Part shown: piece after piece, positions 25,459 to 41,329 of the stretch
Layout of the letters: every line of letters starts with the position of its first letter
How positions within the stretch are numbered: position 1 is the stretch's first letter
NCBI GenBank assembly: GCA_951406725.2
Contig: OX597819.1
Coordinates: 36,022,001 to 36,086,000 of the forward strand
Length of the DNA: 64,000 bases
Source: Octopus vulgaris
Taxonomy: Eukaryota
Reading direction: 5' to 3'
Made by a program: the position numbers and the translations under genes
Notes under the pieces: model-generated
Database searches by the model: none
Told to the model about the DNA's origin: nothing
What the model saw: the letters and a program-made list of their open reading frames with translations, nothing else

Positions 25459-25887
25459 GGATCTTTTCGGTTTGAACGGCAGTTTTTAACATAATTTCTA
25501 GGTAACTAAAGAATTTTAAACTGTGTATACTGGTAGAATGTGTTTATAAAACATCTTTTTCTCTTGGCTTTATTGAGAAAATTCTATAGTTTGTAAGATA
25601 TTTGTTGTTTTTTTTCTTCAATTTCTGCACTTTCAACCAATCAGTGAGGTAAAAAACATTCTGTGCCATATGAATATGTCCCTCGTTTAAGAAACAGATT
25701 GGGTTTATTTGCATTTGTGAAGAAAAAAAGATACTCTTCCCCCCACTCCTCACCCTAACCCTAACCCTAACTAACCCTAACCCTAAAACAGATTGAAATG
25801 CAATAGATCGATACTAGGGTCATAATTATGGGTGACAATTTCATATGACACCGCTAGAAAAAACTGCTGTTCAAACTGAAAAGATCC
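25459..25887. mobile_element. MITE with GG-starting ~29-bp TIRs, 8-bp TSD and internal (CCCTAA)n
   Basis: TIR GGATCTTTTCGGTTTGAACGGCAGTTTTT / AAAAACTGCTGTTCAAACTGAAAAGATCC; TSD GTTTGTCC at 25451-58 and 25888-95. Confidence 0.9.
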
Positions 25888-26147
25888 GTTTGTCCTAATA
25901 TCCATACTTGTTCACAAACTTTTAGTTGGCCCTTATTACATTCTGACTAGAAACAGCAGCTAAGAGAGTGATTTGGCTGCTATTTCTAGTCAGTCATCTA
26001 ATAAGGGCCAGCTACCACACATATATAAAGGAAATATTATGGCCAATATAGGTGTCATTGGGCCTCATGGAGGCGATGATAGATAACACAGACCTTTGGC
26101 AATATGCTGTGCTTGAGAAGGTAGACCCATCAAGCCAAGTAAAATTA

Positions 26148-26520
26148 TGGCCCAGTGGTTAGGGCAGCAGACTCGCAGTCGGCAAATCGCGGTTTCGATT
26201 CCCAGACCGGGCGTTGTGTGCTTATTGAGCGAAAACACCTAAAAACTCCACGAGACTCCGGCAGGGGTTGGTGGTGACCCCTGTTGTACTCTTTCGCTCC
26301 AACTTTCTTTCACTCTTTCTTCCTGTTTCTTGTTCCCGACTTCTTACGCAACCGCTGAGCCTGGATGCGCATTCATACATCCGTCGATGCTCTCGGTGTC
26401 AGGGGGTCGACCTGCTTTCTCTTCTGCGGGTCTTACGAATAGCAAAGGACCATGTTTCAGACTTCTCCTACTGCGAGCACTGGGAGGAAGACCGCTTCGC
26501 TCAACAAACAAACAAGCAGC
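26148..26520 (+). mobile_element. tRNA-derived SINE family C
   Basis: A-box TGGCCCAGTGG, B-box GGTTTCGATTCC, GC-rich body, (AAAC)n tail. Confidence 0.7.
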
Positions 26521-26880
26521 AGCAGCAGTAACAACATCAACAACAGCAACATACCATGACACCATTTTTTAATCTAATATTATTTTAGAACATTCTAAGA
26601 CACACATTTGAAGTATCATGACTGAAATGTCAGAACAAATCTCTCACACCATAGCATAAGCATCTTTTTTAAAAAGAAATTATGCATATGTATTTTCTTG
26701 TTTTGTACCAATTAACTCCATAGACTCTAAGGTGGTTAACTGGCAGATTTATTAACATGGACAGATTACCTTGCAGTAATTTTAATGAATCTTTGTCTTC
26801 TGAGTTCAAATCCACAGATCCACAATTTACCTTTAATTCTTCCAGGGTTAAAAAGATAATAAACTACCGAACAACTAATA

Positions 26881-27320
26881 TATTGGGTCATCCCATAAAT
26901 AATGCTGGTTTTTTGAATTGCATGAACTAAAAGTCGAAGGGGGATGGGATAAACTACCTGCATAAACTTGCTATAAAAGCAGGTAGTAATTTTACTTTGG
27001 TCTTGTTCTTAGTGCAAGTTTTGAAGAGTGCAGTTCAATTTTAACAGTTATTTTTTCAATGCTATAATGGAAGTGACAAAGGAGCATATTCAGTGTATTT
27101 TGTTGTATGAGTTCAATAAATGCAACAATGCAACAGAAAGTGTGAGGAATATCAATGCAGCATATGGGGATTCGATAGTAAGTGTAAGTCAGTGTCAATG
27201 GTGGTTCCAGAATTTCCGAGCTGGAAACTTCAGCCTAGACGATGAGCCTCATCCTGGAAAATCTGTAGAGCTCGATGAGGACATCCTGCAAACCCTGGTG
27301 GAACAAAATCCCATATAAAT
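26881..27320 (+). mobile_element. mariner 5' fragment (HTH domain)
   Basis: TIR followed by an ORF HIQCILLYEF...CQWWFQNFRAGNFSLDDEPHPGK. Confidence 0.85.
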
Positions 27321-27371
27321 TAAAATACTGTGTAAGGCAGTGAAATTGAAGTAAAATACCATACATGTCAG

Positions 27372-27762
27372 TGTATGGCAGAGAATTGCTTCCCAATTAC
27401 ATGATTCTGGGTCCAGTTCCACAGCATTGCATCTTGGCCAAACGTCTTCTACTATAGCCGCAGTCTGATCAAAGCCTTATGAATGAATTTGAATGATGGA
27501 AACTGTAAGAAGCCCATTGCGTATGTGTGTGTGTGTCTGTGTGTGTTTGTATGTGTGTGTTTGTCCCCAGCACTCTTGATAACTGGTGTTAGTGTGTTTA
27601 CATCACTGTTACTTAGCAGTTTGGTAAAAGGGATTGATACAATAAATACCAGGTTTAAAACAAAAACAAAAAATATTGGTGTTGATTCAATTAACTAAAA
27701 ATTCTTCGTGCCAGTGTCTCAGTATAGCCACAGACTCATGACTGAAACAAAAAAAGGATAAA
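27372..27762 (+). mobile_element. SINE family A, old
   Basis: Diverged match to the 11302 copy. Confidence 0.7.
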
Positions 27763-28200
27763 GGATATGTTTGTGTATAGCAGAGAATAAAATGACATAC
27801 CGATTTGTCAGTGTAAGGCAGCATATAAAATACTTTGTGTGTTGGTGAATGGCACAGAATGAAATAATATAGCATATTTGTCAGTGAATGGCAGTGTATA
27901 AAATGCTGTGTATGTTAGTGTATATCACTGACTTGGCAGAATTGTTTGAGCTTTGAGTTCATATCCTACTTTGTCTTTCATCAATACGATATTAAGAAAT
28001 AAAGTATTGGTGGTGCTGATTCTTCTCTCTCCGTTTGTGTATCTGTTCGTCTGTCACTTTCTGAATTGACTACATTGTATTGTGTAGAAGAGTTGTGAAA
28101 AATCACTTATGGTGTCTCTTTCTCAAGAAATGCAGATGGATTGAATGAGGAACTAGCAGCCTTTTCTCATAGAAAACAGATATGTTACAGGAACCATTAA

Positions 28201-28411
28201 CCCTTTAGTGTTCACATTATTCTGCCAAAATTAATGCTTCTTCATCCACATTGTTTTGAACTAATCATTCATTATCTTGTAGCCATGAGATTTTGATGGG
28301 GTAGCTGTTAATTTTTAAAACAATATTGTAGGGTTGGTGTGAGAGACCAGATAGGGCTAGTTTGAACATAAAACAGGTAGAATATTTTTGGCCGGTTTAA
28401 ATGCTAAAGAG
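28201..28411. mobile_element. piggyBac-type MITE
   Basis: TTAA|CCCTTTAG.GTT ... AATGCTAAAGAG|TTAA; a reverse-oriented relative starts at ~63820. Confidence 0.75.
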
Positions 28412-28427
28412 TTAAAGAATGTCCCTA

Positions 28428-28649
28428 TATGAGGAGGTGCTGAAAAGTTCTTGGCTTTGTGTAAAAGAAAAGAACAGTAGAATCCGTTAATTATGATTTT
28501 ATTCAACATGTTCTCCCCTCAGATTCACACACTTATTGCAGCGGTCTTTCAGTTTTTCTAAATCCTGTAAAAGAACTTGGAAGATTGGGCCTTCAACCAG
28601 GCCTTTCACAATACCCATAAAGCCAGGAACTTTTCATCACTCCTTCATA
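28428..28649. mobile_element. mariner-type MITE
   Basis: TATGAGGAGGTGCTGAAAAGTTCTTGGCTTT / AAAGCCAGGAACTTTTCATCACTCCTTCATA with TA ends. Confidence 0.75.
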
Positions 28650-29825
28650 CTTAGCACAGCATAGAATGGAAATTAAGAACATGAATATGTTAGCACAGGT
28701 GACCTTTTTAACATTAAACGATGTTCCCTGAAATAATTAAGGTTTGTCTTATATTCCACATATAAAAACTGGATTCTTAAATCCTACGGTACACATTATG
28801 AACATGGTTGATGAATGGCTAACCTCAAACTTGTTAACTCTGACATGTCTTGTAGAGCCAGACATCTTATTAGCAGCATGTGCAGGATATAAGTAAGATT
28901 AAATCTGTTCCTATTGCATCCTGAATAAGGTCATGTTGGCACTCCTCTTCTTCTTGGTATTCCATCATGAAAAAATAATTGGAATTGTCAAATTCTTTAT
29001 CTTATTCATCGCCCAATTTGTGAATGAATCAAATTACAGTGTTGTTCGCTCTTCTTTAATGTATCCATCTACCTACACATTATTCCTCTGAGAAAATTCA
29101 GTTGAAAGCACAAGGCTGGGAATTTGTTCTCATATCATAGTCTAGAATTTGTTAGTGTTTTATAGTATCCTGTTACTATACACAACATTTCTGGAATTAA
29201 TCACTAATGTGTAAACATAGTGAGATAGTCCATAACTAACAGTTCATATATATATATTATATTTAGATTTATAAGTGGTTGAATAAATGGTTCCTAAAGC
29301 TATTATACTTAAAATTCTCAACATTTTTTTTATATTAAAATCCTGCTGGATTTGACCTAGATGGTTTTTATCCCTCTAAAGCTAATGGATATGAATTGAT
29401 AATACGTGTGTACTGGGGTACATTCATTTGATTATTATTCTTTTCTGGATAATTCACATTATAGTATTCTCTTTTTTTTTAAAAAAAGAATGTAATGCAT
29501 AAAAATATAACACAAATATTTTCTGGTAAGAGAGGGAACTTCATAGATTCGTTAATGCATGAAATAATACGGCTCTAACAAGAGTCATATGGACTCATGG
29601 GGCTGGTTTCCTGGATTCTCTGGCATATATACTGCCACTGGACAGGATGCCAATCAGTCTTACAAATACTCATTTCTGTCAGCTGAGTGGATTGGAGCAA
29701 TGTGAAATAAAGTGTTTTACTAAAAAACACAATGCATTACTCAGTCCAGGAATTGAAATCTCAAACTTATGGTCATGAGTCCAACATCCTAATCACTAAG
29801 TCATGCACCTCTATCTTATTTTATT

Positions 29826-30025
29826 TTTTTTATTGCCCACAAGGGGCTAAAGGGATTAAGTTGATTACATCGACCCCAGTGCGTAATTGTTACTTAATTT
29901 ATCGACCCCGAAAGGATGAAAGGCAAAGTTGACCTCAGCGGAATTTGAACTCAGAACATAACGGCAGATGAAATACGGCTATGCATTTCGCCCGGCGTGC
30001 TAATGTTTCTGCCAGCTCGCCGCCT
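29826..30025 (-). mobile_element. SINE family B (young)
   Basis: Reverse complement of the 16151 family, with CpGs retained. Confidence 0.8.
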
Positions 30026-30211
30026 TAATCTTTATATGATACACTTTGTGGTATTTTATTACAGTTTTGTTTTGAGTTCAAATCCTGTCAGAGATAAATT
30101 TGTCTTTCATTTTTCCAGGGTCAGTAAAATAAAAGATCACCTAAGTGATACTTATTTAATCAACTATAACAACTCTCTCAAAAATGTCTATGCTAGAAGT
30201 ATTCTTCCTTG

Positions 30212-30422
30212 TATTTCTTTTACTTGTTTCAGTCATTAGATTGTGGCTACATTGGGGTACTACCTTGAAGAATTTTAGTTGAATGAATCCACCCTAGTAC
30301 GTATTTTTTTTAAGGCCTGATACTTATTCTATTGGACTCTTTTGCTGAACTGCTAAGTTACAGAGACATAAACACATCAACAATGGTTGTCAAGTGGTGG
30401 TGGGAACAAACCCAGATGCAAA

Positions 30423-30462
<40 letters not shown>

Positions 30463-30688
30463 CACACACACACACATGAACACATGAACACACACACACA
30501 CACACACGAACACATGAACACATACACACACATACGACAGGGTTCTTTCAATTTCTCTCTACCAAATTCACTCACGAGGCTTTGGTCAGCCCGAGGCTAT
30601 AATAGAAGGCTCTTGCCCAAAGTTTCATGCTGTGGGATTGAACCCAGAACCATGTGGTTGGAAAGCAAATTTCTTACCACACAGCCAT
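30212..30688 (-). mobile_element. SINE family A
   Basis: Reverse-complement copy with internal (CA)n. Confidence 0.8.
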
Positions 30689-30962
30689 ATAACAAATATT
30701 CCTTGCCCTCATATTTTCTAGAGGTAGGTTTTCAGAGGCATGACCAAGTAAACATAAAGCTAGACTTTGCAACAGTGGGATGTCTATCCAATGTTGTTAT
30801 ACATATAGCCTTAAGCCCAATATTATCTAGCCCTGTCTGATTAATCAATTAAAAACACAAGAAACTTTGGATTTGAAGCAGGAACCTTATAACTAACAAC
30901 TAAACATTCGGTTGTTAAATTCCACTAGTGTGGTGGTCAGGATCACGTATATGGTATAGCAC

Positions 30963-31385
30963 ATGATGATAATGATGATGGTGATGGCGATTGTGAACGT
31001 GATGATGATGATGAGGAGGAGGAGGATGACAATGACAATAACAATGATAACAATGACATCGAAGATGACAATGACAATGGTGATGATTATGATGGTGGTG
31101 GGTGGTGGTGGTGGTGGTGGGGGTGGTGGTGGTGGTGTGGGGGGGGTGGTGGTGGTGGTGGTGGTGGTGGTGGTGGTGGCAGTGGTGGTGATGATGGTGA
31201 CAGTGATGATTATGATGCTGCTGCCAACACTGCTGAGACTGCTGCCAACAATGATAATGATAATAACAATAACAACAATGACAACCAATGATGGGGACAA
31301 TAGTGATGACAATGATTATGGTGATGATGATGATGATGATGATGATGACGATGACAACAAAAGTGATAGCAATAAAAACAATGTC
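30963..31385. repeat. Mixed trinucleotide low-complexity tract (GAT/GGT/CAA)
   Basis: Seen directly; G-rich core at 31093-31190. Confidence 0.9.
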
Positions 31386-31547
31386 TGTGATATTGCAAAC
31401 ATATCTGTGGTAGATTCTTTTTAACCACATCTTTTAAATGTTCTCAAGGAGATATTATGGGCGTAACTAAACTTTCACATAACCTTTTAGGTATTTCCTG
31501 TTGTATTATTGTAGAAAGATGGCAGATTAGTAAAAGTGATAATACTT

Positions 31548-31970
31548 TAGAGTAGTTGTATACTGTCAACTTAATGTGACAGTCCCATGAAGGAAATCAC
31601 ACCACTGCTATTTAGCCCTAGGAAACATCAATGCTTCCTGTCGGCCTTGACACATTTCCTGTGACCTTATGTTTACAAGAGGGAGACAAGCACCTTCACC
31701 CAGCTAAGCCTGCATTCAGAGACTAGTTTCTGAGTCTTTGCTTGTCATCAATCTGGAGTAGCATGACTGATGATGAGCAAAGACTCGGGAACAAGTCTCT
31801 GGATGTAGGCTTAGCCAGGTGGAGATGCTTATCTCCCCCTTGTAAACATAACGACACAGGAAATGTGTCAAGGGTGACAGGAAGCATTGATGCTTCCTAG
31901 GGCTAAATAGCAGTGGTGTGATTCCCTTCATGGGACTGTCACATTAAGTTGACAGTATACAACTATTCTA
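31548..31970. repeat. Fold-back inverted repeat (~200-bp arms) with a hammerhead motif at the inner end of each arm
   Basis: 31548-31752 vs 31767-31970; includes a long exact match GTTGTATACTGTCAACTTAATGTGACAGTCCCATGAAGG. Confidence 0.92.
31716..31756 (-). ncRNA. Type I hammerhead motif (GUC site; C3U variant)
   Basis: CCAGA-TTGATGA-caagcaaagactca-GAAAC-TA-GTC-TCTGA. The mirror copy at 31764-31802 (+) has an intact CTGATGA and TGAG/CTCG stem II but GGAA instead of GAAA. Confidence 0.7.
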
Positions 31971-32329
31971 TCGTACCACAACTGCTTATATCTCTCTGAG
32001 ATATTTAAAAATTTAATATTTCGATAATATTTTAGTTATCTTCCTTTATATTCTGAGTTCAAGTTTTGTTAAGATCCACTTTATTTTTCATCCATCCAGT
32101 GGTGTAGTGGAACTGATTTCCTTGACAATGCACATCATTACCAAAATGTAAAACATTGTGTCTAGTTGTAAATAAGAGAGTCTTATATTAGAAATATGGG
32201 AACTTATGTCCATGTATCATCATCATCGTTTAACGTCCGTTTTCCATGCTAGCATGGATTGGACGGTTCGACTGGGGTCTGGGAAGCTCCAGTCTGATAT
32301 GGCAGTGTTTCTACAGCTGGATGCCTTTC

Positions 32330-35720
<3,391 letters not shown>

Positions 35721-35777
35721 TTACTAATACTTATGTATGTATATATATATATATATGTATATATATATGTATGTATG

Positions 35778-35831
<54 letters not shown>

Positions 35832-36628
35832 TGGCTGCCCCCTCGTTATTGAGTATGGCCATTGCATGAAGCTTAATCAATGTTGTTATCGTGCAATGCC
35901 TGTGCAAGAAGATTTTTTTTTAAAGTGAGGAAAGGCTGTGCACTGAGTCAATCCCACTCACTAAGCAACAACAGCCATAATCCGCAAAGAAGAACAAGTC
36001 AACATCATCAGTAACCACTGAGCCGCAGGTTTTATTTCGGAGTTATCCCAGTTACCTGAGTTACCTCCTCCTAGAAGGATGCCCTAACAAAGGCTAGGAG
36101 TCCTTCACTCCCAATGAATTAACAAGCTAATACAGCCACAAGGCCATGAGACCATATAGTTTTGAGCTCCTTGTGCTCATCCTTCGTCGTGGATACTTAT
36201 CTGCTAGAGATAGCAGTAGTTTGCTCCAGCTTGCAATGTATAGAAACTAAGTGGCTGGAAGATGGTAGGGGTTCACTCCCCTGCCTGCAATATATATTGG
36301 GTGCATTGAATAACCTCCTGCGGTTAAAATGATAGTAACATCAGTTCTGACAGAACAGCCATATTAAAGTGGCAATAAGCATTACTTATGTATAGCTATC
36401 ATATACATGTGTGTGTGTGTATTTAGATGATGAGCAATGATTTGGCTGCCTCTGCTGACCCACCAACAGGAGGATGTTACAGTTCAGGGTCAAGATACCT
36501 AATGAACATTGGATGCAGTCTGATGACATCAGTTCCTCCTGGCCAAAGCTCCATTCATTTTAGTGAGAGGAAAAAGCATCTCCTTCTCGGTGTTATTTAT
36601 GTATATATATATATATATACACATATAT

Positions 36629-36659
<31 letters not shown>

Positions 36660-36688
36660 TACACACACATATATATATATACACACAC

Positions 36689-36719
<31 letters not shown>

Positions 36720-36966
36720 GATACACACACACATACATACATATACTCACACATATATATAAGTTCCATATATATATATATGGAAAACCTCTATAAATGG
36801 CTGATAAATGGCTCAACATTTTAAAATTGTTGTAATATTTACAATGCTTAATAAAATGATGTAGTGTGAAACGATCGTACCAAATTACCGAAGATATACT
36901 GTTGCTTATTTTGATTATGTATATATATATATATATATATATATACTAGTATATGTATATATATAT

Positions 36967-37245
36967 AAACAATTGCAGCATGGAAGGTGTTTGTAAGCCA
37001 TTTAAGAAACACACAAAAGCCGTTCGATTCACTTCAACATTTAAGTTTAATTTGTCAAAATATTTTTGTTGCTTTAAGACCGTGACCTGTTCACTGATGC
37101 AGCACGGGTTTTTGTCAGTGGACAGGTCACGGTCTTATAGCGACGAAAATATTTTGACAAATTAAACTTAAATGTTGAAGTGAATCAAACGGCTTTTGTA
37201 TGTTTCTTAAATGGCTTACAAACACCTTCCACGCTGCAATTGTTT
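36967..37245. repeat. Fold-back inverted repeat (~130-bp arms) carrying a G3-C8 variant hammerhead
   Basis: 36967-37098 vs 37116-37245, near-perfect; bounded by (TA)n. Confidence 0.92.
37111..37161 (+). ncRNA. Hammerhead-like motif with GUG(A/G)ACA core
   Basis: TTTGTCA-GTGGACA-ggtcacggtcttatagcgac-GAAA-ATAT-TT-TGACAAA; 7-bp stem I. The mirror arm reads GTGAACA. Confidence 0.6.
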
Positions 37246-37299
37246 TCGTTTCAGCACACGATCTCAGATCAAATCACTTGCTATGCAAGTACATCTCCG

Positions 37300-37339
<40 letters not shown>

Positions 37340-37345
37340 TAGCCG

Positions 37346-37424
<79 letters not shown>

Positions 37425-37426
<2 letters not shown>

Positions 37427-37960
37427 CTACTATATATGTGGAAAATCGGTGTGTGCTTGTTTGTGATGTTGTTAGCTAATTCCTCCTACATCATTTTATT
37501 GATTTTGATGAAACTTGGCATGTGAGTAGAACTCATGTCTTGAAATCTTGTGACAAACTTAGATTATTGAAAAAAATCAATAATACAGACCCTCATATAA
37601 CTAATTTTTTAAACATGCAAGGGAAATAATCCATAGCACCTGTACAATATTTTTTTAAACACTCAAGGGAAATAACCCATTTCATTGTTTATGTTCTATT
37701 ACTTTGAATACTGATTTTTTTGTGTGTCCTAGTTTTATTTTTTGCAGACAATATCACTTTTATACTTTATTTGACGCATGAGTGGAATTCATGTCTGGAA
37801 ACCTCATGACATACTTAGATTGTTGAAAAAAAATCGATAATAGGACCCTTCTAATGGATCCTTCTATCTACTACATATTACTAATATTTTATTTAAACAA
37901 CCCAAAGGAAATAACCCATACCACCTGCAGATTTTAGCGAAGGGATCAATGTTTGATTCT
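37425..37960 (+). mobile_element. Possible non-autonomous Helitron-like repeat with internal ~260-bp duplication
   Basis: Starts TCTACTATAT; 37515-37690 repeats at 37775-37930; no 3' CTAG/hairpin identified. Confidence 0.35.
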
Positions 37961-38339
37961 CACAATCAGCTGACCTAATTCTGTATTTCACTAATCACTG
38001 TTCTGGACTGCTAAACATTATTATTGCAGTTCTTTAATTTGAATCTTAAACCTTAAAGACTTCATTCATACATTTCTATACATACATACTTTTTTGAATG
38101 CCCATTACTCCGATAAATCAGCATTTTTACAGTTACACTTTTTCCATGACAGTAGATAAATTTTTTATTCCACAACATATTTGTAGTGGCTTCATGCAGG
38201 CTTAGCGTGGATTCGATCCTCAATTGCCAAATTTCACTTAGCACTTTAACAGTGCTTTCTCAAGGTAAAACAGTAGTTTTTCTGTGAATGACAGTAGTTA
38301 TATGTTTCCCATATGACTTTGCTAAGCAGAATAATGTCT

Positions 38340-40005
38340 TTGCCTCTGGCGAACCTCCAGAAGCAAGGGTGGTGTGTGGGTTGGGGTGAGGGTGAGGGTA
38401 AGGGTTGGGTAACGATGGAGGGGATGACGATGAAGGGTGACAGTGGAAGGGAGAAGGTGAGTAGGAGTGAAGAGAGTAAGTAGGTGTCAGAGCAGGAGAG
38501 GAGAGGTGAATGGGAGTGAAGGGAGGAAGTACGTGTAAGGGGAAGAGAGGAGAGAGGACAGGTTAGATGAAGAGAGGAGGAGTGTTGAACCCATGTGACA
38601 CAAAAGAGCGAAGAGAGAAGATTAATTCCTGTTCACGGTGAAGGTGGGAGTCCGGGTGGCACCTGTGCAAGGACAATCTGAACACAGACCAGTGTTATAA
38701 AGATTGACCGGTAGAGCGGAAATTGTGTGAGACCGGGGTGTCATTGCCGAGACTGATGTCTTGGAGGTGTTCTGTGAACTGGTCAGCCAAGCAGTGTCCC
38801 GTTTGACCAATGTACAGAGGACAGAGAGCAGGAGATGCAGTTGATGATGTTCCTAGAAGTGGAGGTGAAGGAGTCAGTGATATGATAGGGTCCCTGTGAG
38901 GATGGTGGTGTTGGAAAGGTAAGGGCAAGTGCGGCAGTATGGGTGGGAGAAGGGGAACGAGCCAGGTCGGGAGGTTGGGATAGGGAAGAAACTTTGGACT
39001 AGGAGGTCACCTAGATTGTGGGCTTGTTTGAAGGAGGGGAGGAGTCAGTTAGGGAAGATGGAGGGGTCGGACTTGAGTCGCCGGAAGGCTTGGAGAATGG
39101 TGCGTTGGAGAGATAGGGTGGAGGGGTGGTAGGTGAGGGGAAATGGGAGACGGGTGGTGGCGGGGCAGGTGTGGGAGGGAGAGAGCAGACGCACGGTCCA
39201 TGGAATGTGCTCTGGCAAGGGCGGTGTGGATAGTGGTGAGGGGATATCCACAAAGGATGAAGTGGTGAGCCATGAGTTGAGACTGAGTCTTAAAGTCATG
39301 GTTGTCACTGTAGAGCCTGTACAGATGGAGGAATTGGGAATAGGGACTGGAGAGAATAGAATAGGGAATGAATAGGGAATTGGAGGGTGGGAGGAGGAGA
39401 AGTTGAGGCACGAGTGTGAGTCTGTGTGTTTGATGGAGGTGGTGAGAGTGGAGTGATGAATGCTGATCAAAATGTCAAGGGCAGGATGGAAAGATATGAA
39501 AAAAGAGAGGAAGGAGTCTAGTTGTTTGCTGGAGAGTGAGGTTGCACTGATACAGTTGTCAATATAACGACCATATAGTTTGGGAGTGGGACCAGTGAAA
39601 CTTGAGAATATTTGGGCCTCAACAAGCCAACAAACAAGTTTGCATAGTTGGGTCCCATTCTCATTCTCATGCCCTCTCCCGGGACCTGCAGGTAAAAATC
39701 ACCCGCAGACGAGAAGCAGTTAAGGGAGAGAACAAGTTCGGCCAGATGGAGAAGTGTGGATGTATCAGGTTGGGGGTTGGTTTGAAGGTCAAGGTAATGT
39801 TGGAGTGCACAAAGCCCCTCGTGGTGAGGGATCACTCTTGACGTCAAGAGTGAAGAGGAAGTTTAGAGGGGCCATGAGGGAAGGAGAAAGAGTTGAACAG
39901 ACGAAGACCATGAGAGAGGAGGGAAGCCCTAGTGGGGCAAGGACACAGTCAAGATAACTGACGATTTTGGTGGGGCAGTTGCAGGCGGAGACAGTGGGGC
40001 GGCCA
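38340..40005 (-). mobile_element. Penelope-like retroelement, decayed (RT + GIY-YIG endonuclease)
   Basis: [48 protein letters not shown] and LYIGQTGHCLADQFTEHL in broken frames. Confidence 0.85.
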
Positions 40006-40024
40006 GGATATATACATACATACA

Positions 40025-40078
<54 letters not shown>

Positions 40079-40104
40079 CATACATACATATACATATATA
40101 CATA

Positions 40105-40159
<55 letters not shown>

Positions 40160-40222
40160 TTATGTGGAAATGGATGCGTGGCATTCAATCAAATAATAAT
40201 ATAAATAATCTTTATATATATG

Positions 40223-40297
<75 letters not shown>

Positions 40298-40415
40298 ATA
40301 TTAATAAAGGGTAAAATTAATTAATTAATTAGTTCGGTATGTGGCAAAGCAAATTTTTTTTGCTGAACCCTAATTATATAAAGTATATATATATATATAT
40401 ATATTTCTCTTTCTA

Positions 40416-40450
<35 letters not shown>

Positions 40451-40521
40451 ATATATATATAAATTGATCAAAATAAAATAAAAACATGATGCGAAGGATT
40501 CAGCGGTACATATGTTTCGGG

Positions 40522-40557
<36 letters not shown>

Positions 40558-40972
40558 TATAGGGGTACAGGATGTCACCAACAGTAAAGAACATGAAATA
40601 TGAAAACAAATGAGTTCAATATGCAAATAACGAGAGAACCAAATGGAAAACAGGAGTGGTCACATAAAGAACGACTCTTCATTAGTTGGCAGTCCTGTTT
40701 TCCACACAGTTTCCTTTTCTTAAATTATAAAATATTGGTCAGTCTGAGGCTAAAATGGAAGACACCTATCTAAGATAGGTACTGCCTTGAGCAAATCAAA
40801 CCCTTCTGTACGTTGATGACTTGGCTCTTGTATAAACCATATTGTAACTCTGAATAAAGTTTGAAACTTGAAAAAGAAATATTGTGTGCTACATGTTAAA
40901 CATTGATTTGTTTTTCATTAGAATTGCTTTGTTCTGGAACTGTATTCTTTAATATTACTTTCAGTTAGTTTC

Positions 40973-41322
40973 TGATCTTTTCGGTTTGAGCGGCAGTTTT
41001 TTCTAGCGGTGTCATATGAAATTGTCACCAATAATTATGACCCTAGTATTGATCTATTGCATTTCAATCTGTTTTAGGGTTAGGGTTAGGGGTGGGGGGA
41101 AGGGTATCTTTTTTTCTTCACAAATGTAAATAAACCCAATCTGTTTTTTAAACGAGGGACATATTCATACGGCACAGAACATTGTTTACCCCAATGGAAT
41201 TTTCTCAATAAAGTCAAGAGAAAAAGATGTTTTATAAACACATTCTACCAGTATACGAAGTTTAAAACTTTTTAGTTACCTAGAAATTATGTTAAAAACT
41301 CCCGTTCAAACCAAAAAGATCC
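40973..41322. mobile_element. Second copy (opposite orientation) of the telomere-repeat MITE
   Basis: Same TIRs; TSD TTAGTTTC/TTAGATTC; internal (TTAGGG)3. Confidence 0.88.
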
Positions 41323-41329
41323 TTAGATT

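Noticed and set aside
25750-25785. Telomere or chromosome-fusion scar
   Set aside because: The repeats lie inside a TIR/TSD-bounded MITE present twice.
26148-26215. Possible tRNA gene
   Set aside because: Has A/B boxes but no clean cloverleaf or terminator and runs into a SINE body and tail.
36840-36920. GAAAC-GATC-GTA (and GAAAC-AATT-GTA at ~18525) as hammerhead halves with covarying loops
   Set aside because: No upstream CTGANGA or stems; CGATCG to CAATTG is explained by CpG decay.
38285-38335. Hammerhead at the Penelope 3' end (minus strand GAAACATAT)
   Set aside because: Core too degenerate to support.
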